Shown: positions 9,765 through 18,861 of the stretch, piece after piece | Numbering within the stretch: the first letter of the stretch is position 1 | Layout of the letters: each line of letters starts with the position of its first letter | Assembly (NCBI GenBank): GCA_043809645.1 | Contig: JBDROX010000036.1 | Location: forward strand, 1,713-65,712 | DNA: 64,000 nt | Direction of reading: 5' to 3' | Source: Candidatus Magasanikiibacteriota bacterium | Lineage (GTDB): Bacteria; Patescibacteriota; Patescibacteriia; Magasanikbacterales; UBA922 | Notes under the pieces: generated by a model | Told to the model about the DNA's origin: nothing | Databases searched by the model: none | Seen by the model: only the letters and a program-made list of their open reading frames with translations | Program-made: the position numbers and the translations under genes

Positions 9765-10823
9765 TTATTGGATAATCACAGGAATCTCGAGTGCATCGTC
9801 ATTTTCTCGCAGGTCAGATGGGTTGTCTTTCTGGAGTATCAGTGTTCCTTTGTCACTATAGCTTTCTTGTTTTTCAAACGTGAGTGTTCCTTTGAATGGG
9901 ACGAAGTCCTCTGTCATCCATTCTCCTTGTGCCACACCAAACCCTTCTGCAATAATGAGTCCGTCCCAGTTTGTAAGAATGATAGGGAAGTCTCCTTCAA
10001 AGAACCATGTGCCACGGGCTTCTCCTGTGATTTGGAGTGGGCTAGAGATGGTTGCGTTTGGGCGAGGGGAGTAGACACGGATGATATTCGTCAAAGCTCA
10101 TGATTCATAGTCAAAAAAGATACTTTCATTGCGTCCCATCTTTAGCAAAACTGAATGTTCAAATTTTTCTACTGTATCTACTACTTCATTATTGGACATC
10201 AGTCCTCTTACAATTTGTTCGTCCTGGATTTGCCAATCTGAAGGATATTGAAAAAAAATACCGAAATTTTCATTTGTATATGAAATCATCTTATCGCTCG
10301 TAGAAGTAATTTTTACCACAGACGAGCACTGACCATCCAGGCATTCGCATGGATACTTCCTATACTTATCACACTCAGAACAATCGCAATCACTTCCCAG
10401 CTTGCAACTAGATGAATAGCTGGCACTCTCTTCTGGGCCTGGAGAGTGGTTCCACATCGGGCAGACGACTACACATCCATTATTTCTGCAGGATGCACTG
10501 TACGGGCAGTTCGATTGGATCGCATATTCCATTGGTACACTACAATCCGAAGATACTTCGCAAGTACTTCCTACAGGTTTTTGAATACTTTCTGTATAGG
10601 CTCTATCTCCATGACGACATTGCCGAGGGTAGCTCTCCATGATCGGGTTTCCAGCGTTCACACATTCTTCGAAGGTGTTTACTACTCCAGAAGGCACCTG
10701 AGGAGCAGAATTATCTCTCCCTTCTCGGACTTTTGGCATGATGAGGAAGAATATAATAAAGACTATGAGAATTCCAGGGAGTATGACAACAATAAAGTTT
10801 TTTATTGTTGGTTTGGTATTCAT
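9765..10823 (-). pseudogene. paralog of the 7694-8548 Gmad2 protein, interrupted by one in-frame TGA (ORFs 10098-10823 and 9765-10094 are in the same frame)
   Basis: N-terminal ORF has TM plus NPIMESYPRQC plus a Cys-rich region; after the stop the frame continues ...DYES*ALTNIIRVYSPRPNATISSPLQITGEARGTWFFEGDFPIIL (Gmad2 domain) collinear with the intact paralog. Confidence 0.5.
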
Positions 10824-10828
10824 AGATT

Positions 10829-11029
10829 TTATTTTTTGCTAGTCCTCTCCACGATTAACAGAAAGTCTACTTTTGCCGTGGCTCCCATGAGTTGGAATGT
10901 TGGTTTTACATTTGGAATGACAGAAAGAACTTCTCCATCGAGATTATTGAGGAACTGCTCCAAATAATCTTGCATATTATCACTCTTGACATCTATACGA
11001 TGCACTTTATATTTCTTTTTTTCTTCCAT
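10829..11029 (-). CDS. hypothetical small protein (first gene of the minus-strand array)
   Basis: 66 aa ORF, 5 nt upstream of the next gene. Confidence 0.3.
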   Translation of the reverse strand: MEEKKKYKVHRIDVKSDNMQDYLEQFLNNLDGEVLSVIPNVKPTFQLMGATAKVDFLLIVERTSKK

Positions 11030-11323
11030 ATGTTTCTATTAAAAATAGTAAGTAGTCTATTTGCTGTTTAGTCTCATAAAAAACATCGACGAAAACATCA
11101 TAGCAGAAATAAGAAATATGGCTCCGTCAGAGGTGTTTCCTTCAAAAAAATAATTAATACTTGGGAGTAAGAATGCGAAAGCGGAGATGAGTCATGGATA
11201 TGGTCCATGAAACCAAGATTATTTTTCTCTGTTCATATGCATATATTAAGAAAAAAATTATGTTAATCCTATTCAGAGTAAATATGCTACGAAAATTCTT
11301 TTCATCTCTTACTACTAAGCTCT

Positions 11324-11554
11324 CTACAATTTTAATTCTTCAATACTTTTATCTAAAGCCTCTTCAATCTCACCCAATGGATCATCAGGTTTTGTGTAAT
11401 CAGGAGGATATACTTTTTCAATGATTTCCTCCAAATCTTTTATAGGATCAGCAGGTTTAGTGTCCTCAACTAATTCATCAATGAAATCCTTCTTTTTTTC
11501 TTTAATTTCTGCATCGGGTGTTTGGGATTTTATCTCTCCCTTCTGTTTTTTCAT
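11324..11554 (-). CDS. hypothetical small acidic protein
   Basis: 76 aa, Glu/Asp/Lys-rich, 4-nt overlap with the cysS start. Confidence 0.3.
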   Translation of the reverse strand: MKKQKGEIKSQTPDAEIKEKKKDFIDELVEDTKPADPIKDLEEIIEKVYPPDYTKPDDPLGEIEEALDKSIEELKL

Positions 11555-12918
11555 AGAACTATATTTTTTATTATTTGCTTTCCTTGATGGTCTTCAATAC
11601 TATACCCAAGCTTTTCAAGCTTATCACGCAATCTATCAGACTCCTCAAAATTCTTCTCATCTCTTGCCTTCTGTCTCTGATCCAGAAGTCCCTGCACTTC
11701 TTCAGGAATAGCAACGTCTCCTTCATGAGAAATGAGGCCGAGGCCGAGGATTTTGTCGAACTTGGTGATCATCTCTTGATTTATGGCTTTCTCCTTCAGT
11801 CCTTTTGACAGAGCAGCAAGTGCCTCTGCAGTATTCAGATTATCTGATAGTGCATCGAAGAATGCCTTCTCCACAAGTGGATCTCCTGGCGCATCTTCTG
11901 GAAGGTCTTTTATTTTTCTTCTGAGATTCTTCAGCCCTTGCTCAGCAGCCTCTATAGCTTCCCAAGAGAACGTGAGCTGCTTACGATAGTGCACCTGCAG
12001 GAGGAAGAATCGATAGGCTAGGGGAGTGAGCCCTTTTTCTTCGAGAGTTGCTAGTGTGAGGAAATTATTTTCTGACTTTGACATTTTATCCTTTTCTGTC
12101 AGGAGGAACTCACCATGCATCCAAACATTCACCCATGGTTTTTTCCCAGTTGCAGCCTCGCTCTGCGCGATTTCATTACTGTGATGCACTGGAATATGGT
12201 CGATGCCACCACAGTGAATATCGAACTGCTCGCCAAGATATTTCGTAGCCATAGCAGAGCACTCTATATGCCAGCCTGGAAATCCTTTTTTCCCAAAAGC
12301 ATCCCATTCCATTTGGCGCGCTCTACCATCCTTAGAAAATTTCCAAAGAGCAAAGTCATGTGCATTTTTCTTTTCACCAATACCCACTCGAGCACCTGCC
12401 TCCAGATGTTGCTTGTCGAGCTGTGCGAGCGCACCATAGTCGTCTATAGTTGTCGTATCAAAATAGATACCGTCAGATGTTTCATAGGTGTGTCCGCCAT
12501 CAATAAGTTTTTGTACGAGATTAATCTGTTCCTGAATATTGTCTGTAGCTTTGCACCAGATGGTTGGCTCTAGAATATTGAGCGCTGCAATGTCATTTTT
12601 AAAGGCCTCTGTGTAGAACTCTGCAATCTCCCATGCTGTCTTTCCTTCACGCTTCGCACCCTTCTCCATTTTATCTTCTCCACTGTCAGCATCATCTGTC
12701 AGATGACCAACATCTGTGATATTCATCACATGATTGACGTCATATCCTTTGTATTTGAGCATTCGACGCAGAATATCTTCGAACACATATGTCCTCAGAT
12801 TTCCCAGATGGGCATAGTGATACACAGTTGGGCCGCAGGTATAGAGGCCGACCTGTTTTCCCTGAATAGGTACAAATTCTTCTTTCTCCCTTGTTCTGGT
12901 ATTGTAAAAATTGAGCAT
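11551..12918 (-). CDS. cysS: cysteinyl-tRNA synthetase
   Basis: 455 aa; CGPTVYHYAHLGN (HIGH region), KMSKS, CysRS-specific zinc-binding cysteines. Confidence 0.9.
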   Translation of the reverse strand: MLNFYNTRTREKEEFVPIQGKQVGLYTCGPTVYHYAHLGNLRTYVFEDILRRMLKYKGYDVNHVMNITDVGHLTDDADSGEDKMEKGAKREGKTAWEIAEFYTEAFKNDIAALNILEPTIWCKATDNIQEQINLVQKLIDGGHTYETSDGIYFDTTTIDDYGALAQLDKQHLEAGARVGIGEKKNAHDFALWKFSKDGRARQMEWDAFGKKGFPGWHIECSAMATKYLGEQFDIHCGGIDHIPVHHSNEIAQSEAATGKKPWVNVWMHGEFLLTEKDKMSKSENNFLTLATLEEKGLTPLAYRFFLLQVHYRKQLTFSWEAIEAAEQGLKNLRRKIKDLPEDAPGDPLVEKAFFDALSDNLNTAEALAALSKGLKEKAINQEMITKFDKILGLGLISHEGDVAIPEEVQGLLDQRQKARDEKNFEESDRLRDKLEKLGYSIEDHQGKQIIKNIVL

Positions 12919-13069
12919 AAAAATTTTTAAAATGATTGGGTTTATTATAGTGTGAATAGGGGAGAGTGTAAAGCATACGGATAATATGGTATAATCGAAT
13001 TAATCAAAATTCTTTGGGGGTTATAAAATATTTTGAATTTATAATTTGGAATTTTGAATTTATTTTATT

Positions 13070-14200
13070 ATGTCATTATTTTCTCACAATCAAGACGCAT
13101 ATCTCGGTATAGACATTGGTGCACATGGAATGAAGTGTGTCGAATTGCACAAGACCAAGGGTCGTCCACAGCTCTGGACGTATGGTATTGCATCAGAACC
13201 ATTGGATATTCATCCCCCTGTGCCTGTTGAGAAGACCCCAGAGCAGCTCATGAAAGAAACAAAGTCTGATGTCCTGGGAGAAGGGCAACAAACTGGTGTG
13301 GCAGTGCCACAGCCGGATGATCCACGTGTAAAGAAGTATGCAGCCATGCTCAAGAACCTTATAGAACAATCAAAGGTTACAACCAGGCAGGCTACAGCAA
13401 GCCTTCCGATTTCAGAAGTTTTTCATACTATGCTTACACTTCCTGTGGTTGAAAAGAAAGATGTGGAAGGAATCATCCAGGCAGAGATTCAGAAGTTTCT
13501 ACATAGGCCTGTGGATGAGATGCAGATCATGCACCAGATGGTGCCAACGGAAAATAAGAATCACATGAGAGTGCTCGTCACTGCTGCCACGAAGAGTATT
13601 ATCTCTTTTTATACAGCCATTTTTCAAAAGGCTGGACTAGAGCTTCGAGAACTCGAGACAGAAGCATTTGCACTAGAGAGATCACTTGTTGGTAGGGACA
13701 CATCAAATGTTTTTATTGTAGACATTGGATCAGAACGCACAAATTTTTTTGTGATTTCAGAAAGTCTCCCAATTATTCATAGAAGTATCAATATTGGAGG
13801 GGACAGACTGACAGCGCATCTCCAAGAAATTCTTGGAGTTGACGCCATAATAGTGGATGAACTCAAGCGAGACATGTCTCGGCTTGGTTCCAGTGATATT
13901 ACATCAGATATCATGGAGCGTATTATCAACCCGATTACAAAAGAAGTAAAGTACAGTCTTGATGTATTTCTAAGACAGAACGGGGAATCAAAGCGTCCTG
14001 AGAAAATTGTTCTCACAGGAGGGTCAAGTGTTATTCCTTATATTGCAAAACGACTCACTGATGAGTTCCAAATAAAGGCGTTTGTCGGAGATCCGTGGGC
14101 ACGTGTTGTACACCAGCAGGGACTCAAGCCTGTCCTAGATGCAATTGGACCAAGGATGGCAGTTAGCATTGGTTTAGCGCTACGCAATATTGTAGAATAG
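13070..14200 (+). CDS. pilM: type IV pilus assembly ATPase-like protein PilM (actin-like)
   Basis: 376 aa; LGIDIGAHGMKCV, VDIGSERTNFFV, INIGGDRLT actin-fold motifs. Confidence 0.75.
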   Translation: MSLFSHNQDAYLGIDIGAHGMKCVELHKTKGRPQLWTYGIASEPLDIHPPVPVEKTPEQLMKETKSDVLGEGQQTGVAVPQPDDPRVKKYAAMLKNLIEQSKVTTRQATASLPISEVFHTMLTLPVVEKKDVEGIIQAEIQKFLHRPVDEMQIMHQMVPTENKNHMRVLVTAATKSIISFYTAIFQKAGLELRELETEAFALERSLVGRDTSNVFIVDIGSERTNFFVISESLPIIHRSINIGGDRLTAHLQEILGVDAIIVDELKRDMSRLGSSDITSDIMERIINPITKEVKYSLDVFLRQNGESKRPEKIVLTGGSSVIPYIAKRLTDEFQIKAFVGDPWARVVHQQGLKPVLDAIGPRMAVSIGLALRNIVE

Positions 14201-14262
14201 TCACAATATTGAATATTTATTTATATTCATGATATACTTTCAGAAGTTAATAAATTATACAT

Positions 14263-14646
14263 ATGGCAAAAAATAAAATACAAGTCCATATCATCGAAGA
14301 TGACACGTTTCTAGTGAATATTTATAAAACAAAGTTTGAGATGGAAGGATTTAGTGTTTCAGTTTCAGAAAATGGAGAGGCAGGTCTTGCTGCTGTAAAG
14401 AAAAAACAGCCAGATATCATTCTTTTGGATATTCTCATGCCAAAGATGGATGGATTCACTGTACTAAAGAAACTAAAGGCAGATAAGAATTTGAAAGACG
14501 TTCCCGTAATACTCCTCACAAATCTTGGGCAGAAGAATGATGTAGAGAAAGGGATTGATTTGGGAGCGGTTGACTACCTCATTAAAGCACATTTTAAGCC
14601 ATCGGAAACTGTGGCAAAAGTCAAAAAAGTTTTAAAACTGAAATAA
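14263..14646 (+). CDS. stand-alone response regulator receiver domain (CheY-like)
   Basis: 127 aa; phospho-acceptor context DIILLDILMP, conserved K near the C-terminus. Confidence 0.8.
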   Translation: MAKNKIQVHIIEDDTFLVNIYKTKFEMEGFSVSVSENGEAGLAAVKKKQPDIILLDILMPKMDGFTVLKKLKADKNLKDVPVILLTNLGQKNDVEKGIDLGAVDYLIKAHFKPSETVAKVKKVLKLK

Positions 14647-14649
14647 TCT

Positions 14650-15105
14650 ATGTTCAAGCTTACTATGAGAAATACAAAGAGTGGATTTACACTCATCGAG
14701 CTCCTTGTTGTTATTGCAATCATTGGATTGCTCTCAACCCTTGCGGTAGTTGCTCTTGGTTCTGCCAGACAGAAAGCCAGAGACTCACTCAGGCTCTCTG
14801 ACCTAAAGGAAATGCAAGTGGCACTCGAGTTGCATTATACTGACAAGAGTTCATACCCTGTACAAGCTGAAGTAGTCACACTAGGAAGTGGAAATTTTGC
14901 ATGTTTAAATATCGATGGTTTTAGTGCTTCTGGTTGTGCCAATCCATACAAAGGAAATATTCCTCAAGATCCAGGTGAGTCAGTCTATCAATATATTTCA
15001 AGTGATGGTTCTTCCTATGCAATATCTGCAATCCTAGAGGGTGAGATCGGCGGCTTGAATGATGGAACAGTGCAGGCATCTCCATCAGGAATATCAAATC
15101 AATAG
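14650..15105 (+). CDS. type IV pilin / pseudopilin (N-methylation prepilin motif)
   Basis: KSG|FTLIELLVVIAIIGLL class III leader peptide. Confidence 0.8.
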   Translation: MFKLTMRNTKSGFTLIELLVVIAIIGLLSTLAVVALGSARQKARDSLRLSDLKEMQVALELHYTDKSSYPVQAEVVTLGSGNFACLNIDGFSASGCANPYKGNIPQDPGESVYQYISSDGSSYAISAILEGEIGGLNDGTVQASPSGISNQ

Positions 15106-15170
15106 CTGTAGTTGAATAGGTGAAACACTCTCCCCTGGAGGGTGTTTTTTTTGATGTAGCATGATATACT

Positions 15171-15938
15171 GTGAACACTATGGAAATACTATTTTCATCT
15201 TTTTTGTTTCTCATCGGGCTCATTCTTGGCAGTTTTTTGAATGCCTGGATCTATAGTCTAAGAGAAGAAATCAGTATCCGGGGCAGGAGATCTATGTGCC
15301 CAGAGTGCAAGAAAGATATTGCTTGGTATGATAATATTCCGGTGCTCAGCTTTTTTCTGTTGCGTGGAACATGTCGACCATGTAAGAATAGTATTTCTTG
15401 GCAATACCCAATCGTAGAGCTCTTCATGGGAATTGTATTTGTCTTTTTAGGCAGCTTTCATCAGCTAGACGTCTTACTCATCGCCAAGGATGGATTTATC
15501 ATCTTCTTCCTTACACTCATATTTGTATACGATCTGCGATATCAGCAGATTCCAGATATTGCTACTATTGCTCCTGCCACTGCAGTATTCATAGTTACAC
15601 TCCTCATGTCACCACTCAGCTGGGCGAGTATGTTGATTGGAGTCGGTGTAGGGGCAAGCTTTTTTCTTCTCCAATTCTTCATTTCAAAAGGGCGTTGGAT
15701 TGGGGCAGGAGACATTAGTCTTGGGGCATTCATGGGTGTGATTCTCGGTTGGCCACTCACTTTTTTTGCTCTCGTCCTCGCGTATATTGGAGGGGCGGTC
15801 CTTAGTGTGGTATTGATTGCACTCAAGAAAACTACAAGAAAAAGTAAAGTACCATTTGGAACATATCTAGCAATAGCAACATGTATCTGTATGTTTTGGG
15901 GTGCGGAAATTGTGAGTTGGTATATTGGACTGATGTAA
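15171..15938 (+). CDS. pilD: prepilin peptidase (A24 family)
   Basis: 255 aa; N-terminal CPEC...CRPC zinc motif and polytopic peptidase domain. Confidence 0.8.
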   Translation: MNTMEILFSSFLFLIGLILGSFLNAWIYSLREEISIRGRRSMCPECKKDIAWYDNIPVLSFFLLRGTCRPCKNSISWQYPIVELFMGIVFVFLGSFHQLDVLLIAKDGFIIFFLTLIFVYDLRYQQIPDIATIAPATAVFIVTLLMSPLSWASMLIGVGVGASFFLLQFFISKGRWIGAGDISLGAFMGVILGWPLTFFALVLAYIGGAVLSVVLIALKKTTRKSKVPFGTYLAIATCICMFWGAEIVSWYIGLM

Positions 15939-15942
15939 TACT

Positions 15943-16539
15943 ATGAATTCAAAGGTAATTGTCTGTGACCTGGATGGAATGATTAATAATAATATCCCGT
16001 TCAGCAAAAAATATTCAAAAAAATTTGGTATTGAGGAATCTATCATGCTTGATTTTTTTTATAATGAATTTCAGGATTGTATTCTTGACCGGGCAGACCT
16101 GAAGGAGGTACTGGGGAAGTATCTCAAAATATGGAAATGGCCAGGAACAGTAGAAGAATTGATTACCTATTGGTTTGAGGATGAGGTAAATCCAGACAAG
16201 GAGACGGTTGAAATAATTTCCACTCTCCGTGGGGATGGATTGATGACGTGTCTTCTCACAAATAATGAACGATACAGAATGAAATTTATGTCAGAGAAAC
16301 TTAACTTTGACAGTATGTTTGAAAAAGTATTTAGCTCTTATGAGATTGGATTCAAAAAACCTGAGCAGGAAGCCTTTTCATATGTATATGAGCATGTGAA
16401 TACAGTTGATTCTCTAGAGAAGAATGACTTTCTTTTCTGGGATGATGATCTAGATAATGTAAAGGGCGCACAAGAATTTGGATTTCAGGCATTTCAATTT
16501 ACAAATGCAAAAGAGTTTGAAGAAATATGCAGAAAGTAG
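15943..16539 (+). CDS. HAD-superfamily hydrolase
   Basis: VIVCDLDGMI motif I (DxD). Confidence 0.55.
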   Translation: MNSKVIVCDLDGMINNNIPFSKKYSKKFGIEESIMLDFFYNEFQDCILDRADLKEVLGKYLKIWKWPGTVEELITYWFEDEVNPDKETVEIISTLRGDGLMTCLLTNNERYRMKFMSEKLNFDSMFEKVFSSYEIGFKKPEQEAFSYVYEHVNTVDSLEKNDFLFWDDDLDNVKGAQEFGFQAFQFTNAKEFEEICRK

Positions 16540-18545
16540 AACAGCACATTAGTAAGCTTCGTGCCCAAATAGATGATCTCAGATACAAGTATCATGTCCT
16601 TAATGATCCTGAAGTAACGGATAAGATGTATGAAGGTCTCGTGGATGAACTTCGAAAGATAGAGTCAGCTCATCCTGAATTCATTACACCAGACTCCCCA
16701 ACGCAGCGTGTCGCCACAGAGCCAAGCAAGAAGTTTCAAAAAGTAGAGCACGTTGCCAAACAGTGGTCTTTGAAAGACGCTTTTTCCAAAGATGACCTAG
16801 AGAAGTGGGAAGAAAGGGTAAAAAAGTTGCTAGAGAAGAAACTTGGTAGTATTCCAAAAGATTTAGATTATACCTGTGAGCTCAAAATTGATGGGCTACA
16901 CATCGTTCTCACATATGAGAAGGGAATTCTCAAAACTGCAGCCACTCGTGGTGATGGAAAGATTGGAGAAGATGTGACTCAGAATATTCGAACCATTGGA
17001 AGCGTTCCGCTCAAACTTAAGAAAGATATTGACCTCATTGCAGAGGGTGAAGTCTGGATGGCTAGCTCTATGCTGGAGAGGATTAATAAGAAGAGAGAAA
17101 AAACAGATGAGCAACCTTTCGCTAATCCAAGAAATGCTGCTGCTGGTACTATTCGTCAGCTAGATCCATCTATTGTGGCGAAAAGAAGACTCTCTCTCAC
17201 TGTCTACGATATTTCTGGTGGAGAGATACCCGAGTCTCAGGAAAAAGAGTTGAAAGATCTCAAGGGTCTTGGATTCCTTACAGACTCTCATTGGAAAGTT
17301 TGCAGGAATATGGATTATGTCATGAAAATGTACGATGCCTGGAAGGGCAAGCTCAAGTCAAATCCATACTGGGTAGACGGACTGGTTATCAAAGTAAATA
17401 AGAGAGAGTACCAGGATATTCTCGGCTACACAGGAAAAGATCCTCGATGGGCAATAGCAATGAAATTCCCAGCAGAGCAGGGGATAACCAAGGTAAAGGA
17501 TATTTATGTGCAAGTAGGCCGAACTGGTGCACTCACACCAGTGGCACTGATGGAGCCTGTACATCTAGCAGGCACTACTGTGACGCATGCAACACTTCAC
17601 AATTTTGATGAGATTGATAGACTGGGGGTGCGAGTAGGAGATACCGTTGTAGTAGAAAAAGCAGGAGACATCATTCCAAAAGTTGTAAGAGTTCTAGAGA
17701 AGATGAGGGTGGGGAAAGAAAAAAAGTACAGAGCACCGAAGAAATGTCCAATCTGTCACAGTGACGTTGTAAAAAAGAAAATTCTTGATAAGAAGCAAGA
17801 AGATTCTGCTGCGCTTTTTTGTGAAAATAAAAAATGTTATGCACAAGAGCTCAGAAGAATAGGACATTTTGTTTCAAAAAAAGCTTTTAATATTGACGGG
17901 ATGGGCAAGAAAATTGTTGAGCAGCTTGTACAGGAAGGGTTAGTTAAAAATGTTGTAGATATCTTCTCGCTCACAAAAGGAGATCTGGAGCCATTGGAAA
18001 GATTTGCAGAAAAGTCTGCAGAGAATCTTGTTGATTCAATCGAGTCTGCTAAGGATGTTACACTTGCTCGCTTTATTTTTGGCCTTGGCGTTCGACATGT
18101 TGGTGAGGAGACAGCCATTGCCCTTGCAAATGTGTTTGGGAGTCTTGAAAAGATTATGTCAGCTAGTCTCGGGGAGCTCACTTCTGTTGAAGATGTTGGT
18201 CCACGGGTTGCGGAATCTCTTAGAGAATATTTTGATCGAAAAGAAAATCAACTACTTGTTTCTGATTTACAGAAAAATGGAGTAAAAATAAAGAGATTAG
18301 AACACAAAGTGAAAGGTAAAAAATTATCTGGAAAAACATTTGTAATCACGGGAACCTTGCAGTTATTCACGCGTGATGAAGCAAAGGATGAGATTCGAGA
18401 GTTCGGTGGAAGTGTTTCTGATAGCGTTAGTAAGAAAACTGACTATGTGGTGGTAGGTGAGAATCCTGGAAGCAAGGCAACAAAAGCAAGGGATCTAGGA
18501 GTGAAATTGCTTAATGAGTCTGAATTTAAGAAGTTGATTAAATAA
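16527..18545 (+). CDS. ligA: NAD-dependent DNA ligase
   Basis: 672 aa; adenylation motif ELKIDGLHI (KxDG), Zn-finger cysteines, HhH region and C-terminal BRCT. Confidence 0.9.
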   Translation: MQKVEQHISKLRAQIDDLRYKYHVLNDPEVTDKMYEGLVDELRKIESAHPEFITPDSPTQRVATEPSKKFQKVEHVAKQWSLKDAFSKDDLEKWEERVKKLLEKKLGSIPKDLDYTCELKIDGLHIVLTYEKGILKTAATRGDGKIGEDVTQNIRTIGSVPLKLKKDIDLIAEGEVWMASSMLERINKKREKTDEQPFANPRNAAAGTIRQLDPSIVAKRRLSLTVYDISGGEIPESQEKELKDLKGLGFLTDSHWKVCRNMDYVMKMYDAWKGKLKSNPYWVDGLVIKVNKREYQDILGYTGKDPRWAIAMKFPAEQGITKVKDIYVQVGRTGALTPVALMEPVHLAGTTVTHATLHNFDEIDRLGVRVGDTVVVEKAGDIIPKVVRVLEKMRVGKEKKYRAPKKCPICHSDVVKKKILDKKQEDSAALFCENKKCYAQELRRIGHFVSKKAFNIDGMGKKIVEQLVQEGLVKNVVDIFSLTKGDLEPLERFAEKSAENLVDSIESAKDVTLARFIFGLGVRHVGEETAIALANVFGSLEKIMSASLGELTSVEDVGPRVAESLREYFDRKENQLLVSDLQKNGVKIKRLEHKVKGKKLSGKTFVITGTLQLFTRDEAKDEIREFGGSVSDSVSKKTDYVVVGENPGSKATKARDLGVKLLNESEFKKLIK

Positions 18546-18567
18546 CCCTTTGTGATAGAATACCTTC

Positions 18568-18861
18568 ATGAAATTGGATAAAGAAGCAATTGAAAACATT
18601 GCATCATTAACACGCCTAGAGCTCTCAGAGCCAGAAAAAGCCATGTATGCCGAGCAGCTCTCGGCTATTTTGGATTACATAGAAAGATTGTCTGAAGTCA
18701 ATACTGACTCCACTAGAGAAACATCTCAGGTTACAGGGCTTGAAGATATTGTACGCGAAGACAAAGCCAAAGATTGTCCTGCAGAGGTGAAAAAGAGAAT
18801 ACTCAATCAATTTCCAGAAAAAGAGAATAATCTCTTGAAAGTTAAGGCAGTGTTTGGATAG
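18568..18861 (+). CDS. gatC: Asp-tRNA(Asn)/Glu-tRNA(Gln) amidotransferase subunit C
   Basis: 97 aa; matches the GatC family; overlaps the gatA start. Confidence 0.85.
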   Translation: MKLDKEAIENIASLTRLELSEPEKAMYAEQLSAILDYIERLSEVNTDSTRETSQVTGLEDIVREDKAKDCPAEVKKRILNQFPEKENNLLKVKAVFG

